DNA of 64,000 nucleotides, from positions 139,254-203,253 of the forward strand of contig CAYNYG010000001.1 in the NCBI GenBank assembly GCA_964401365.1. Direction: 5' to 3'. A program made the translations under genes and the position numbers. Of this stretch, positions 29,260-38,684 are shown piece after piece; position 1 is the first letter of the stretch; each line of letters starts with the position of its first letter. The notes beneath the pieces were generated by a model. That model ran no database searches. It was not told the origin of the DNA and saw only the letters and a list, made by a program, of their open reading frames with translations. The stretch is from an uncultured Planctomycetales bacterium (lineage in GTDB: Bacteria > Planctomycetota > Phycisphaerae > UBA1845 > Fen-1342).

Positions 29260-29369
29260 GAATGACTATATCGGTCGCCGTCGCACCCGACTGGTGGTCG
29301 CGACGTGAGGCGACGCGTCGCCCGGCGGGGCGGGTGCGATTCCGCGCAGCCGTGCGAGGTCGCAGCGGG

Positions 29370-30725
29370 TCAGAAATCGACCGCCGACGGGCGATACGGG
29401 ATGTTGAGCGTGAAATCGACGAAGGACTTGTGGAACTTGTCGTCCACCGACCCGAAAACGTCTTCGAACTCCTGCTGTCGCTGCGTGGGGTTGAAGTGCT
29501 CGCCGTCGGGACGCTGCGCAAGCCTGCGCATGTAGGCCGAGAACGCATCGCGCTTCTTGGCCCACAGGTAGTTGGTCATGGCCCAGCCTTCCGGGTACTT
29601 GTCCATGCCCCACATTCCATCGTCGCAGATGAACTGCCGCGAAGGTGGAACCGCGTCGCGGTTGCGGCGGTACTTCTTGCGGAACTCCCCCAATCGGTAA
29701 TGGTTGGTCACGCCCAGGCTGGCCCCCAGCTTGCCCGGTGGCAGCTCGAACATCTGCGCCAGCCCCTCGGTCAGCCAGCGCGGGTAGTCGCCCTTGCGGT
29801 TGAAGATGCCGCAATTGAAGTGGATGTGGTGCGCCGCCTCGTGCTGGATCACGGTCACGTTGTAGTAGTCGCTCCACGCGTTCATCCGGTTGGTGATGAA
29901 CTGCCGCTGCCGCCAGTGCACCCCCGGTTGCGCGAGCTGCTTGCGCATCTCCGCGATCTGCGGAACTTCGCGCATGTCGAAGAACGCCGACCGGTTGACG
30001 TCGCGCTGGTAGAAGCCGGCTACGCCGTCCGGAATGCCGCCGGCCATGGCCGCCCCGTACGCCTTGAACTCCTCGTACGTCGCGAAAAAGTAGATCTCAA
30101 GCTTGAACTCGGGCCGCGCCGGCGGGATGCCGGTCATCTTCATGAACGTGTGGCACCACTTGTAGACCGACTCGAGCCGGCTCGCCAGCTCGCGCGCCAG
30201 GTCCTTCGTCGACGTGTGCACCAGCACAAAATGCGGCGTCTCATACACCTGCGGAGCCGTGCCCTTGCCCGTCGCCGCGATGCGCAGCATGTCATCCAGC
30301 GACGCCTTGTTCACCGGCAGCGGCGACAGGTCGGCCGTCGTGACCGACACGTCCGCGCCCGGCTCGATCGCGTCATCGCCGAGGATCTCGTTGATGATGT
30401 CGTCGCTGATCGCCTCGGCCAGCCCGTCGGGGCCGCCCTCCTCACCCTCGCCCGGCTTCGACGGCGTAGCGCTCCGCGCCGGCGTCCCGCTCCCAGCCGG
30501 CGCCCACTCCACCGCCTTCACTTCCGCGCGCTTGAAGCGCCGCGTGATGCCCTTGGAGGTCAGTTCGTACCCCCCATCGTCGAGCCGCTTGATCTCGCCC
30601 GCGAGCTTCTTGCCGTCCTTGAGCACGAGCGTGCCCTGGCCGCTCTCCTGTCCCCACGCCGGCGACGGCGCAAGCGCCAGTCCCAGCCCAAGCGAAACCC
30701 ACAACACCAGCACGCGTCGCACCAT
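29370..30725 (-). CDS. DUF1570-family secreted protein with HExxH motif (putative metallopeptidase)
   Basis: Signal peptide MVRRVLVLWVSLGLGLALAPSPAWG. VIQHEAAHHIHFN contains HExxH. This DUF is abundant in Planctomycetota. Confidence 0.7.
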   Translation of the reverse strand: MVRRVLVLWVSLGLGLALAPSPAWGQESGQGTLVLKDGKKLAGEIKRLDDGGYELTSKGITRRFKRAEVKAVEWAPAGSGTPARSATPSKPGEGEEGGPDGLAEAISDDIINEILGDDAIEPGADVSVTTADLSPLPVNKASLDDMLRIAATGKGTAPQVYETPHFVLVHTSTKDLARELASRLESVYKWCHTFMKMTGIPPARPEFKLEIYFFATYEEFKAYGAAMAGGIPDGVAGFYQRDVNRSAFFDMREVPQIAEMRKQLAQPGVHWRQRQFITNRMNAWSDYYNVTVIQHEAAHHIHFNCGIFNRKGDYPRWLTEGLAQMFELPPGKLGASLGVTNHYRLGEFRKKYRRNRDAVPPSRQFICDDGMWGMDKYPEGWAMTNYLWAKKRDAFSAYMRRLAQRPDGEHFNPTQRQQEFEDVFGSVDDKFHKSFVDFTLNIPYRPSAVDF

Positions 30726-31000
30726 GTCACCACCCGTCCATCGTTGCGGCGACCCGCGCAGAACCAGCCTCCAAGCCGTCCATTCCGCGCTGCACGCGCC
30801 TCCGCAAGTTCGGCTCTAGTTTAGCCGGACCGCCCGTCCGCGGCCATTCCAATCCACCCGCCGCTTCCGGCGGCGCCGCGAGAATCGCGACCGTGCTCAC
30901 CGCCCGGGCACGACCTGCACGGATGCGGTTTCCGCGGCAGTCCCGTACACTGGCGCGCCGCTGCGACCCTCGAATGGCGGGTCCGCGTCGGCGAGAGGCC

Positions 31001-33001
31001 ATGAACTCGGTGCTCCTGGACACGCTGCGGATCATCGGCGACTCGTCGCCGTACCTGCTGCTCGGCTTCCTGCTCTCTGGCGTCATGCAGGTCGCGCTCG
31101 GGCGCGTCGAGTGGGTGTCTCGGTTGCTGTCCGGCTCGGGCCCGCGGCCGATCCTGTGGGCCGCCCTGCTGGGCGCCCCGCTCCCGCTCTGCTCGTGCAG
31201 CGTCGTGCCGGCAGCGTTGACGCTTCGGCGGCAGGGCGCCAGTCGCGGCGCGACCGCTTCGTTCCTGGTCTCGGTGCCCGAGACGGACGTCGTCTCGATC
31301 GTCCTGACCTGGGGGTTGCTCGGACCGCTGATGGCGGTGTTTCGACCCTTCGCGGCCGTGGTCAGCGCCATCGCCACCGGCCTGGCGGTTGACCTCGCGC
31401 AGCGCTGGTTTCCGGATGCCGACGCCGCCGTCCAGCCCGCGCCCGAGTGCGGGCGCAAACCGACGTCGCGGGGGATGGTGCGCGACGTTTTTCACTTCGG
31501 CTTCGTCGAGCTGTTCGACGACCTGATCGGTTCGCTCCTCCTGGGCCTGGTGATGGGAGGACTGGTCACGGCGCTCATGCCGTCGCTGGGACTCAGCCGC
31601 ACCACTGGCGGCAGCCTGTGGACCATGCTGGCGATGGCGGCACTGGGCGTCCCCTCCTACGTATGCGCGTCGGCCACGACTCCCATCGCCGTCGGACTGA
31701 TCCTTGGCGGCGTCAGCCCGGGCGCTGCGCTGGTGTTCCTTCTCAGCGGACCGGCCACCAACGCCGGGACGATCCTCGTGCTGTGGCGGCACCTGGGCCG
31801 AACCTCCACCCTCACCTACGTCACGTGCATCGTGGCGTCCGCAATCCTGATGGGACTATGGCTCGACGCGATCGCCGGCGAAGGCTCGACCAGCCTCCCC
31901 GCTGTCGCGCCGCAGCTCTCCGAGTCGCTCGGGCCGGTCCAGCTCACTGGACTCCTCGCGTTCCTGGTCCTCACCGTCGCCAGCTTCGTGCGCACCCGCG
32001 CCCTCGACGCGGCGGCCGGGCGCCTCGCCGCTGCCGGTATTCCTCTGCGCCCCATCGTCGTGAAGGTGCTGGCGGTCCTGCTGCCGTTCGCAGCCTGGGC
32101 GTCGGCCGGGCTCTTCACCCTCGCGCCCGGCGAGCGGGCCTTCAGCAGCACCTGGGGGCGCGTGCACGGCCCGATGCTCGGTCCCGGGCTGCACTTCGGA
32201 TGGCCCCCGCCCGTAGGCGGCGTCGACCGCGTCTCCGTCACGATGATTCGCCGCGCCGAGTATGGATTCCCAATCGGCGATCCGTCGAGCCCCGCCGCCG
32301 CGTCCGCTTGGCTCCTCACCGGCTCCGAGGACTTCGTCGACGTGCGCTGCGCCGTGCAGTACCGCATCCAGGACGCCCCTCGCGCCGTGTGGCGCAGCCT
32401 CTACGGCGTCGAGGCGACGGAGGCGCTGATGCGCCGCGCCCTCGAATCGGCGTTGCGCACGGCACTCGCCACGCGGAGCATCGACACGGTCTACAGCACC
32501 GACCGGGCCGACCTGGAGCGCCGCGTTCGTGACGAACTGCTGCCCGAGGCTCTGGCGCGGGTCGACGCAGGGCTCGAGATCATCGCCGTCAACCTGGTCG
32601 AAGTGCACGGGCCGCCGCCGGTCCACGCCGCCTTTCGCGACGTCGCCAGCGCGGTCGAGGACCAGGCCCGCCTGGCCGGCGCCGCGTGGGAATACGACGA
32701 ACGCGTGACACGTCAGGCCGCCGCGGACGCCATCGTCCGCGTTTTCGCCGCGGAAGCGGCGGCCTATGTGGCCAAGCAGCGCGCGGAGGCTGAGGCGCGG
32801 GTGTTCGCGTTACAGCTTGAGAGCTTTGCCGAGGCCCCGGAGGTCACGGCCCGGCGGCTCTACCTGGAGTGTCTCGACGCCGTGCTGCCGCAGCTTCGAA
32901 AGGTGCTGCGGCTGGGCGCCGACGCCGACCTGTGGTTGAGTGAGCGGACCGGACCGCTGCGCCGCGTTCCGGACGAGCCGCCGGCGGACCAGCGCCGCTA
33001 G
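31001..33001 (+). CDS. Fusion protein: N-terminal polytopic permease (DUF318/ArsP-like, CxC motif) plus C-terminal SPFH/band-7 (HflK/C-like) domain
   Basis: Residues 1-380 form about 8 TM helices with LPLCSCSVVPAALTLRRQGASRGATASFLVSVPETD. Residues ~400-650 (VDRVSVTMIRRAEYGFPI...DVRCAVQYRIQDAPRAVWRSLYGVEATEALMRRALESALRTALATRSIDTVYS...GLEIIAVNLVEVHGPPPVHAAFRDV) resemble HflC/HflK. The ATG at 31001 has a GAGAGG RBS. Confidence 0.7.
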   Translation: MNSVLLDTLRIIGDSSPYLLLGFLLSGVMQVALGRVEWVSRLLSGSGPRPILWAALLGAPLPLCSCSVVPAALTLRRQGASRGATASFLVSVPETDVVSIVLTWGLLGPLMAVFRPFAAVVSAIATGLAVDLAQRWFPDADAAVQPAPECGRKPTSRGMVRDVFHFGFVELFDDLIGSLLLGLVMGGLVTALMPSLGLSRTTGGSLWTMLAMAALGVPSYVCASATTPIAVGLILGGVSPGAALVFLLSGPATNAGTILVLWRHLGRTSTLTYVTCIVASAILMGLWLDAIAGEGSTSLPAVAPQLSESLGPVQLTGLLAFLVLTVASFVRTRALDAAAGRLAAAGIPLRPIVVKVLAVLLPFAAWASAGLFTLAPGERAFSSTWGRVHGPMLGPGLHFGWPPPVGGVDRVSVTMIRRAEYGFPIGDPSSPAAASAWLLTGSEDFVDVRCAVQYRIQDAPRAVWRSLYGVEATEALMRRALESALRTALATRSIDTVYSTDRADLERRVRDELLPEALARVDAGLEIIAVNLVEVHGPPPVHAAFRDVASAVEDQARLAGAAWEYDERVTRQAAADAIVRVFAAEAAAYVAKQRAEAEARVFALQLESFAEAPEVTARRLYLECLDAVLPQLRKVLRLGADADLWLSERTGPLRRVPDEPPADQRR

Positions 33002-33021
33002 GGGTGGCGCGGAAAGCGATA

Positions 33022-33054
33022 CCGCGTCGCGCGGCAGGGGGTCGCGCGACGCGG
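33022..33054. terminator. GC-rich hairpin between the convergent permease-SPFH gene and ssrA
   Basis: CCGCGTCGCGCG-gcagggggt-CGCGCGACGCGG is a perfect 12-bp stem with a 9-nt loop. There is no T-run, which fits a high-GC genome. Confidence 0.35.
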
Positions 33055-33062
33055 CATGGACT

Positions 33063-33416
33063 GGAGGCGGGGGGAATCGAACCCCCGTCCCGAAGCATTT
33101 CGGACAGGGCCTCTACGTGTGTGTTCGGTCCACTTGTGTTTTAAGCGCCCCGCAGGCCGGCCGACAGGCCACCGGAGCGCCGATTTCGACTGTTTCTCGC
33201 CTGTTCGCCGTCGATCAGAGCGAACGGGCCAGCCTGCTGATAACGTCGGTGATGGCTAGCAGGCGTTGCCGGCCGACGCGCAACCGTTTAGTTAGGCTGC
33301 GATGCGGTAGCCATTGCTGGCATCTAAGGTTTTTTGCCAGGTGTTTTACGAGGCCGCCTGACAACCTCGACACGCCACCCTGACCTCAACCTGCCCGGTC
33401 GAAGCCAATCGCCCCC
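33063..33416 (-). ncRNA. ssrA: tmRNA (transfer-messenger RNA)
   Basis: The minus strand reads 5'-GGGGGCGAUUGGCUUCGACCGGGCAGG...3' and ends ...GGACGGGGGUUCGAUUCCCCCCGCCUCCA (T-arm plus acceptor, discriminator A, no encoded CCA). The internal reading frame ...GCC AGC AAU GGC UAC CGC AUC GCA GCC UAA gives tag ...ASNGYRIAA followed by a stop. Confidence 0.8.
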
Positions 33417-33987
33417 GAATCGAAACACGGCGGTGACACAGCGTCGCCCGCAACTCCAGGATTATAGCCGCAATCCGACGTTGTCGTGATTCCCTCCCAT
33501 CGCGCAATAAAAAGGGACCTCGCGCGGCGGTGGCCGGGCTCCTGGCAAACCACCGGCGAGGCCCCAACACTCCGGGTCGGTCGGGGGGCGAATCCAGCCG
33601 ACCCTTCGCCACGGCTGTCTCCCCGCAGCCCGTGACGTCGGCTGCGGCTGCCTGGCTCCCTACGAGGCAGCCGCAAGGCACGTCGCATACCCCCGTAGCA
33701 ACCGCCGTTCCGAGCGCAAGAAAAACCGGCACGTCTCATAAGAGGCTAACAACAAGAGTGTTATGTACCGACGTTGCGATGTATGGGTAAATGGGTTGGG
33801 CAAATCTCCCCACCACATGGGTAACGCATGGGGACTCATTCCCCACACTGAACGCTGCGAGTCCGCCGCAGGATCATTCCCTTGCTCGGCAATTCGCGCA
33901 CGCAGCGGGATTCGTCCGGCCGGGTGCGACGTCCGGTGACAGACCCGCTACCATCCCCGTTCTTCGAACCGCTCATGGAGCAAATGA

Positions 33988-34767
33988 ATGCTCGGGAGAC
34001 TGCTCGCCGAAGGTGTCGGTGTCTTCGCGCTGTGTTTCGTTGGGGGCGGGGCGATTCTCGCCAATCAGCATCTCGGTGGCGGTTCGGGGTTGGCCGGCGT
34101 CGCGCTGGCGCACGGGCTGATCCTGGCCGTCATGGTGACGGCGACGCTGAACGTCAGCGGCGGACAGCTCAACCCGGCGGTGACCCTCGGCCTCCTGGCG
34201 GTGGGACGGATGCGGATCCTCGACACCGTCGGCTACCTCGCGGCGCAGCTCGCCGGCGGCCTGGCGGCCGGGCTGCTGCTCACCGGAACGGTGTTCCTGC
34301 ACGTCGCGGCGCCCGACGGCTCGCCGCTCGACACCATGCAGGCCACCCCACACTACGACGCGGCGAAGCTCGGCGCGGGGGACGCCGAGTTAGCGCGCGA
34401 GATGGGCGGCGTGCGCGGTCGTTTCGACGTCAACCGGGCTGCCGTAACGGCGATGACCATCGAGGCGGTGCTCGCGTTCTTCCTCATGTTCGCCGTGATG
34501 GGGACGGCGGTCGACCCGCGGCACCCGAAGGTGGGGGGGTTCGCCATCGGGCTGGCCTACGCGGCGGACATCCTGGTGGGCGGCCCGCTGAGCGGGGCGG
34601 CCGTGAACCCGGCCCGCTACGTGGGAACGGGCTATTTCGGGAGCGGTTCGCTATTCTGGTCGCAGCTCTGGGTGTACTGGGCGGGACCGGTGCTGGGCGC
34701 CGTGGTCGCCGCCATCGCCTACGAGCACCTGATCCTGCGGCCTGGCGCGCGAAGCTCCGCGGGCTGA
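33988..34767 (+). CDS. aqpZ: Aquaporin (MIP family)
   Basis: Two NPA boxes (SGGQLNPAVTLG and SGAAVNPARY) and six TM helices. Confidence 0.85.
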   Translation: MLGRLLAEGVGVFALCFVGGGAILANQHLGGGSGLAGVALAHGLILAVMVTATLNVSGGQLNPAVTLGLLAVGRMRILDTVGYLAAQLAGGLAAGLLLTGTVFLHVAAPDGSPLDTMQATPHYDAAKLGAGDAELAREMGGVRGRFDVNRAAVTAMTIEAVLAFFLMFAVMGTAVDPRHPKVGGFAIGLAYAADILVGGPLSGAAVNPARYVGTGYFGSGSLFWSQLWVYWAGPVLGAVVAAIAYEHLILRPGARSSAG

Positions 34768-34791
34768 TCGCGCGATCGAGCGAGGGACCCC

Positions 34792-35379
34792 ATGCCGGGA
34801 AACGAAACACCTCCACCGCCGGTCGACCTGCCGCGGATCGAGCGCGCCGTGCGCGAGATTCTGGAGGCGATCGGCGAGGACCCGGAGCGCGAGGGTCTTC
34901 GCGAAACGCCCGCGCGCGTGGCGCGGATGTACGCCGAGCTGTTCTCGGGTCTGCGCGAGAACCCCGAGGCGCACCTGGGCACGACGTTCGACGAGGACCA
35001 CCACGAAATGGTGATCCTGCGCGACATCGCCTTCAACAGCATGTGCGAACACCACCTGATGCCGTTCGAGGGCAAGGCGCACATCGCCTACATTCCCGGC
35101 GGGAAGGTGGTCGGCCTGTCGAAGCTGGCGCGGATCGTGGACTCCTATGCGCGCCGCCCGCAGGTGCAGGAGCGCCTGACCTCGCAGGTGGCGGATCTCC
35201 TGGCGCACCGCGTCCACGTGAAGGGCTGCGCCGTCGTCATGGAGGCGGTCCACACCTGCATGACCTGCCGCGGCGTGAAGAAGCCCGGGAGCGTGATGAT
35301 CACGTCGGCGCTGCGCGGCCTGATGCAGACCAGCCAGCCTACGCGAAGCGAGGCGATGGCGCTCCTCACGCGGCCCTAG
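34792..35379 (+). CDS. folE: GTP cyclohydrolase I
   Basis: [18 protein letters not shown]...[20 protein letters not shown]...[11 protein letters not shown] matches the FolE signature. Confidence 0.9.
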   Translation: MPGNETPPPPVDLPRIERAVREILEAIGEDPEREGLRETPARVARMYAELFSGLRENPEAHLGTTFDEDHHEMVILRDIAFNSMCEHHLMPFEGKAHIAYIPGGKVVGLSKLARIVDSYARRPQVQERLTSQVADLLAHRVHVKGCAVVMEAVHTCMTCRGVKKPGSVMITSALRGLMQTSQPTRSEAMALLTRP

Positions 35380-35447
35380 GCGGTCGGCGAGACGGTGGGG
35401 CGGGGCTATAATCGCACTCGGCGCCTCCCGGCGCCCCGGAGTGGTGC

Positions 35448-36257
35448 ATGAGTGCGGACATCGAGCTCGCGGACGTCCGGAAGGTCTATTACAAGGATCG
35501 GATCGAAATCCGAGTGCTCGACGGGCTGAACCTGACGATCCGGTCCGGCGAGTTCGTGGCGTTGATGGGTCCCAGCGGGTCGGGCAAGTCCACCCTGCTG
35601 CACCTCATCGGCGGGCTGGACTCGCCCACGGCGGGGTCGGTTCACGTCGGCGGCGCGGCACTGGAGCGGATGAGCGAGCGGCAGCTCACCACCTGGCGCA
35701 GCCAGCACGTGGGGTTCATTTTCCAGATGTACCACCTGGTGCCGGTGCTGACCGCGGCGCAGAACGTCGAGCTGCCGTTGCTGCTGTTCCACATGCCCGC
35801 GCGGGAGCGGCGCGAGCGCGTCGCGACCGCGCTGCGCGTGGTCGGCCTGGCGGATCGCATGAGCCATCGGCCCAACCAGCTCTCCGGCGGGCAGGAGCAG
35901 CGCGTCGCCATCGCGCGCGCCATCGTCACCGACCCGCAGGTGATCCTTGCGGACGAGCCCACCGGTGATCTCGACGCGAAAACGTCCGAGGAAATCCTCA
36001 GCCTGCTCAACCTGCTCAACACCGAGTTCAAGAAGACCATCCTGATGGTCACGCACGATCCGCGGGCCGCCGCCCACGCCCAGCGCTCGCTGCACCTGGA
36101 CAAGGGTGCGCTGATCCACGACCTCGCCGGCGACGCGCACCGCGACCATCGACCCTGCCGCGTCTGCCGTCAGCCCGTGCCGCACGACGCACGCTTCTGC
36201 GGGCAGTGCGGCTCGAGCGCCACCGAGGCACGCTCGACGCCGGCGGCGGCCGGATGA
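35448..36257 (+). CDS. ABC transporter ATP-binding protein (MacB/LolD/FtsE-type) with C-terminal zinc-ribbon extension
   Basis: Walker [10 protein letters not shown], signature [14 protein letters not shown] and Walker [13 protein letters not shown] ~45-aa tail ([23 protein letters not shown]) carries a CxxC...CxxC pair. Confidence 0.85.
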   Translation: MSADIELADVRKVYYKDRIEIRVLDGLNLTIRSGEFVALMGPSGSGKSTLLHLIGGLDSPTAGSVHVGGAALERMSERQLTTWRSQHVGFIFQMYHLVPVLTAAQNVELPLLLFHMPARERRERVATALRVVGLADRMSHRPNQLSGGQEQRVAIARAIVTDPQVILADEPTGDLDAKTSEEILSLLNLLNTEFKKTILMVTHDPRAAAHAQRSLHLDKGALIHDLAGDAHRDHRPCRVCRQPVPHDARFCGQCGSSATEARSTPAAAG

Positions 36258-36315
36258 CACCCAGCAGGGTCTACCGCGACCCGGCCCGACCGGTCGGCGC
36301 GACGGAATCCGCCCC

Positions 36316-37482
36316 ATGACGATGAGCTACGTTCTGCTTCAGAACCTGCGCCGCAATCGGCTGCGTACCGCGCTCACGGTGGCCAGCTTCGCCCTGCCCG
36401 TGGGTGTGCTGGTCATCGCCGTCTCGCTGGTGGCCATCTTCGTCCGCACCGGCGTCCGGGCGCAGCGCGAGCTGCGCCTGGCGGTGCGCAGCAACCTGTC
36501 GCTGGCGTCCCTGCTGCCCGAGGGCCATCGCCGCAAGATCGAGGAGCTGGACCCTGACCGATCGCGCCTGCGGGCGGTGTGCGGGTTCCGCTGGTTCGGG
36601 GGCCGCGTGCCGGGAACCGGGGAGACCGTGCAGACGCTTGGAGTGGACGCCGACACGTTCGCGACGGTCTTCAGCGAGCTGGCCCTGAGCGACGCCGAGG
36701 ACGAGCGCTTCAACCGCGAGCGGCGGGCGGCGGTGGTAGGGGAGCAACTGGCGCGGAAATACAACTGGCGCGTGGGCGAGAAGTTCACGCTGGACAGCAA
36801 CATCCCGCCCTACCTGTCGCTCGAGTTCATCCTCATCAAGACGCTGCCGCAGCCCGAGCGAGCCCTGGCGGTCTACTTCCGGCGCGACTACTTCGAGGAA
36901 GCGCTGCGCCGGCAGGGCAACGAGACCGCGGGCTGCAACGTGTACTGGGTGAAGTGCCAGAGCGCCGAGGCGCTTCAGTCGCTCCGGACCGAGATCGACG
37001 CGTCGTTCGCCAACACCCCCAGCGAGACCGAGTCGGTGGACGAGAACGCTTTTTTCGCGCTCTTCACCCAGGCGCTGGGGGACATCCCCGGACTGATGCA
37101 GGCCATGACCGTCGTGGTGGTGTGCATCATGGGGCTGGTCGCCGGAAACACGATGATGATGAGCATTCGCGAGCGTACGCGCGAGCTTGCGGTCTTCAAG
37201 GCGATCGGCTTCCAGTCGCGGCGCATCTTCCTGATCGTGCTGTCGGAAAGCGTGCTGCTGGCCCTGCTGGGCTCCATCGTCGGGATCGTGCCCGTGGCGA
37301 CGGCGCTCTATCTCGTCCCGCTGCCGGTGCGGTTCGGCCCGATCGGGCGGGTCGAGCTCTCGCCCGTGGCGGTGATCGCCGGACTGGCGATCTCGCTGCT
37401 GGTCGGAGTCGCGGCCGGATTGCTCCCGGCCTGGAGCGCGCTGCGGCTGCGGACGACGGACGCGCTGCGGCGCGTGGCGTGA
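36316..37482 (+). CDS. FtsX-family ABC permease (MacB/LolE-like), paralog 1 (type A)
   Basis: N-terminal TM segment, a ~220-aa periplasmic domain and three C-terminal TM helices (TVVVVCIMGLVAGNTMMMSIRERTRELAVFKAIGF). Confidence 0.8.
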   Translation: MTMSYVLLQNLRRNRLRTALTVASFALPVGVLVIAVSLVAIFVRTGVRAQRELRLAVRSNLSLASLLPEGHRRKIEELDPDRSRLRAVCGFRWFGGRVPGTGETVQTLGVDADTFATVFSELALSDAEDERFNRERRAAVVGEQLARKYNWRVGEKFTLDSNIPPYLSLEFILIKTLPQPERALAVYFRRDYFEEALRRQGNETAGCNVYWVKCQSAEALQSLRTEIDASFANTPSETESVDENAFFALFTQALGDIPGLMQAMTVVVVCIMGLVAGNTMMMSIRERTRELAVFKAIGFQSRRIFLIVLSESVLLALLGSIVGIVPVATALYLVPLPVRFGPIGRVELSPVAVIAGLAISLLVGVAAGLLPAWSALRLRTTDALRRVA

Positions 37483-37486
37483 ACGA

Positions 37487-38671
37487 ATGGCGCTGCCGCT
37501 TCACTACCACTGGCGCAATCTCTTCGTGCGGCGCACCTCGACGCTGCTCACCGTGCTGGTCGTCGCCGCCGTCGTGGGGACGCTTACCTGGATCCTGGCC
37601 TTCAGCACCGCGCTGAGCGAGTCGCTCTCCATCGCCAGCGACCAGCGCAAGCTGATCGTCATCCGCCGCGGCAGCGAATCCGAGACCAACAGCGCCATCC
37701 GAACCGACGAATTCAACCGCCTCCACCAGCTCAGCGGCGCGGCACGCGACGAACGGGGCGCGCCGCTCATCAGCCCCGAGCTCATGGTGCAGCTCTCCCT
37801 GCCGCGCGCCCGGGACGGCGGTCGGACCAAGGCCAACGTCGCGGTTCGCGGCGTGACGCAGACCGCCTTCCAGGTCCACCGCGTCGTCCGTCCGGATGGC
37901 GTGCTGTTCGCGACCGGCGAGCCGGAGGTGATCGTCGGCCGGCGCGCCGCCGAGCAGTTCCTCGGACTCCAGGTCGGGCAGACGATTCACCTTGGTTCGG
38001 GCACGAAGCGCGCGTACCGCGTGGTGGGCACGTTCAGCGCGGGGGGCGGGCCTCTGGAAAGCGAGGTATGGGGCTATCTCGGCTCGCTCCAGAACGCCTA
38101 CAACCGCCCCGGCGTCTACTCGTCCGCGGCCCTGCGCCTGGCCGACGGCGCCGACGCCGCCGCGCTGGCCGAGCAGATCCGTCAGCCGCCGATCGAGCTG
38201 GAGGCCGAGACCGAGGCCGCCTACTGGGCCCGGCAGTCGTCGAACCTCGATGTGTACCGGGTCATCGCGGCGTCGCTGGTGGCCGTCATCGGCGTCGCGG
38301 CGGGGTTCGCCATCACCAACACGCTCTTCTCGATGGTTGCGGGCCGGTCGCGCGAGATCGCGATGCTGCGCACCATCGGCTTTTCGCGCGGGAGCATCCT
38401 CGCCGGGTTCGTAATCGAGTCGGTCATGCTGTCGCTGATCGGGGGGGTGCTCGGATGTGCCGGTTGTGCCGCCTGGCTGGCCCTGGTGGGCAGCACCAAG
38501 GACATGTTCGGCGCGCGGACGTTCACGACGCTGGCGTTCCAGGTCCGCCTCACGCCGCTGATCGTGCTGGCGGCGCTGCTGCTGGTGATGCTGATCGGCG
38601 CGGCGGGCGCGATCGCGCCGGCCATCCGCGCATCGCGCACGCGGGTGATCGACGCGCTGCGCGAGGCGTAG
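37487..38671 (+). CDS. FtsX-family ABC permease, paralog 2 (type B)
   Basis: MALPLHYHWRNLFVRRTSTLLTVLVV...IAMLRTIGFSRGSI has the same architecture. It lies 4 nt after paralog 1. Confidence 0.8.
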   Translation: MALPLHYHWRNLFVRRTSTLLTVLVVAAVVGTLTWILAFSTALSESLSIASDQRKLIVIRRGSESETNSAIRTDEFNRLHQLSGAARDERGAPLISPELMVQLSLPRARDGGRTKANVAVRGVTQTAFQVHRVVRPDGVLFATGEPEVIVGRRAAEQFLGLQVGQTIHLGSGTKRAYRVVGTFSAGGGPLESEVWGYLGSLQNAYNRPGVYSSAALRLADGADAAALAEQIRQPPIELEAETEAAYWARQSSNLDVYRVIAASLVAVIGVAAGFAITNTLFSMVAGRSREIAMLRTIGFSRGSILAGFVIESVMLSLIGGVLGCAGCAAWLALVGSTKDMFGARTFTTLAFQVRLTPLIVLAALLLVMLIGAAGAIAPAIRASRTRVIDALREA

Positions 38672-38684
38672 CCGCGGTGAGCGG

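Noticed and set aside
33056-33848. Small ORFs (33056..33259 +, 33346..33732 -, 33530..33790 +, 33660..33848 -)
   Set aside because: They overlap the tmRNA gene or its upstream non-coding region, look low-complexity and overlap one another.
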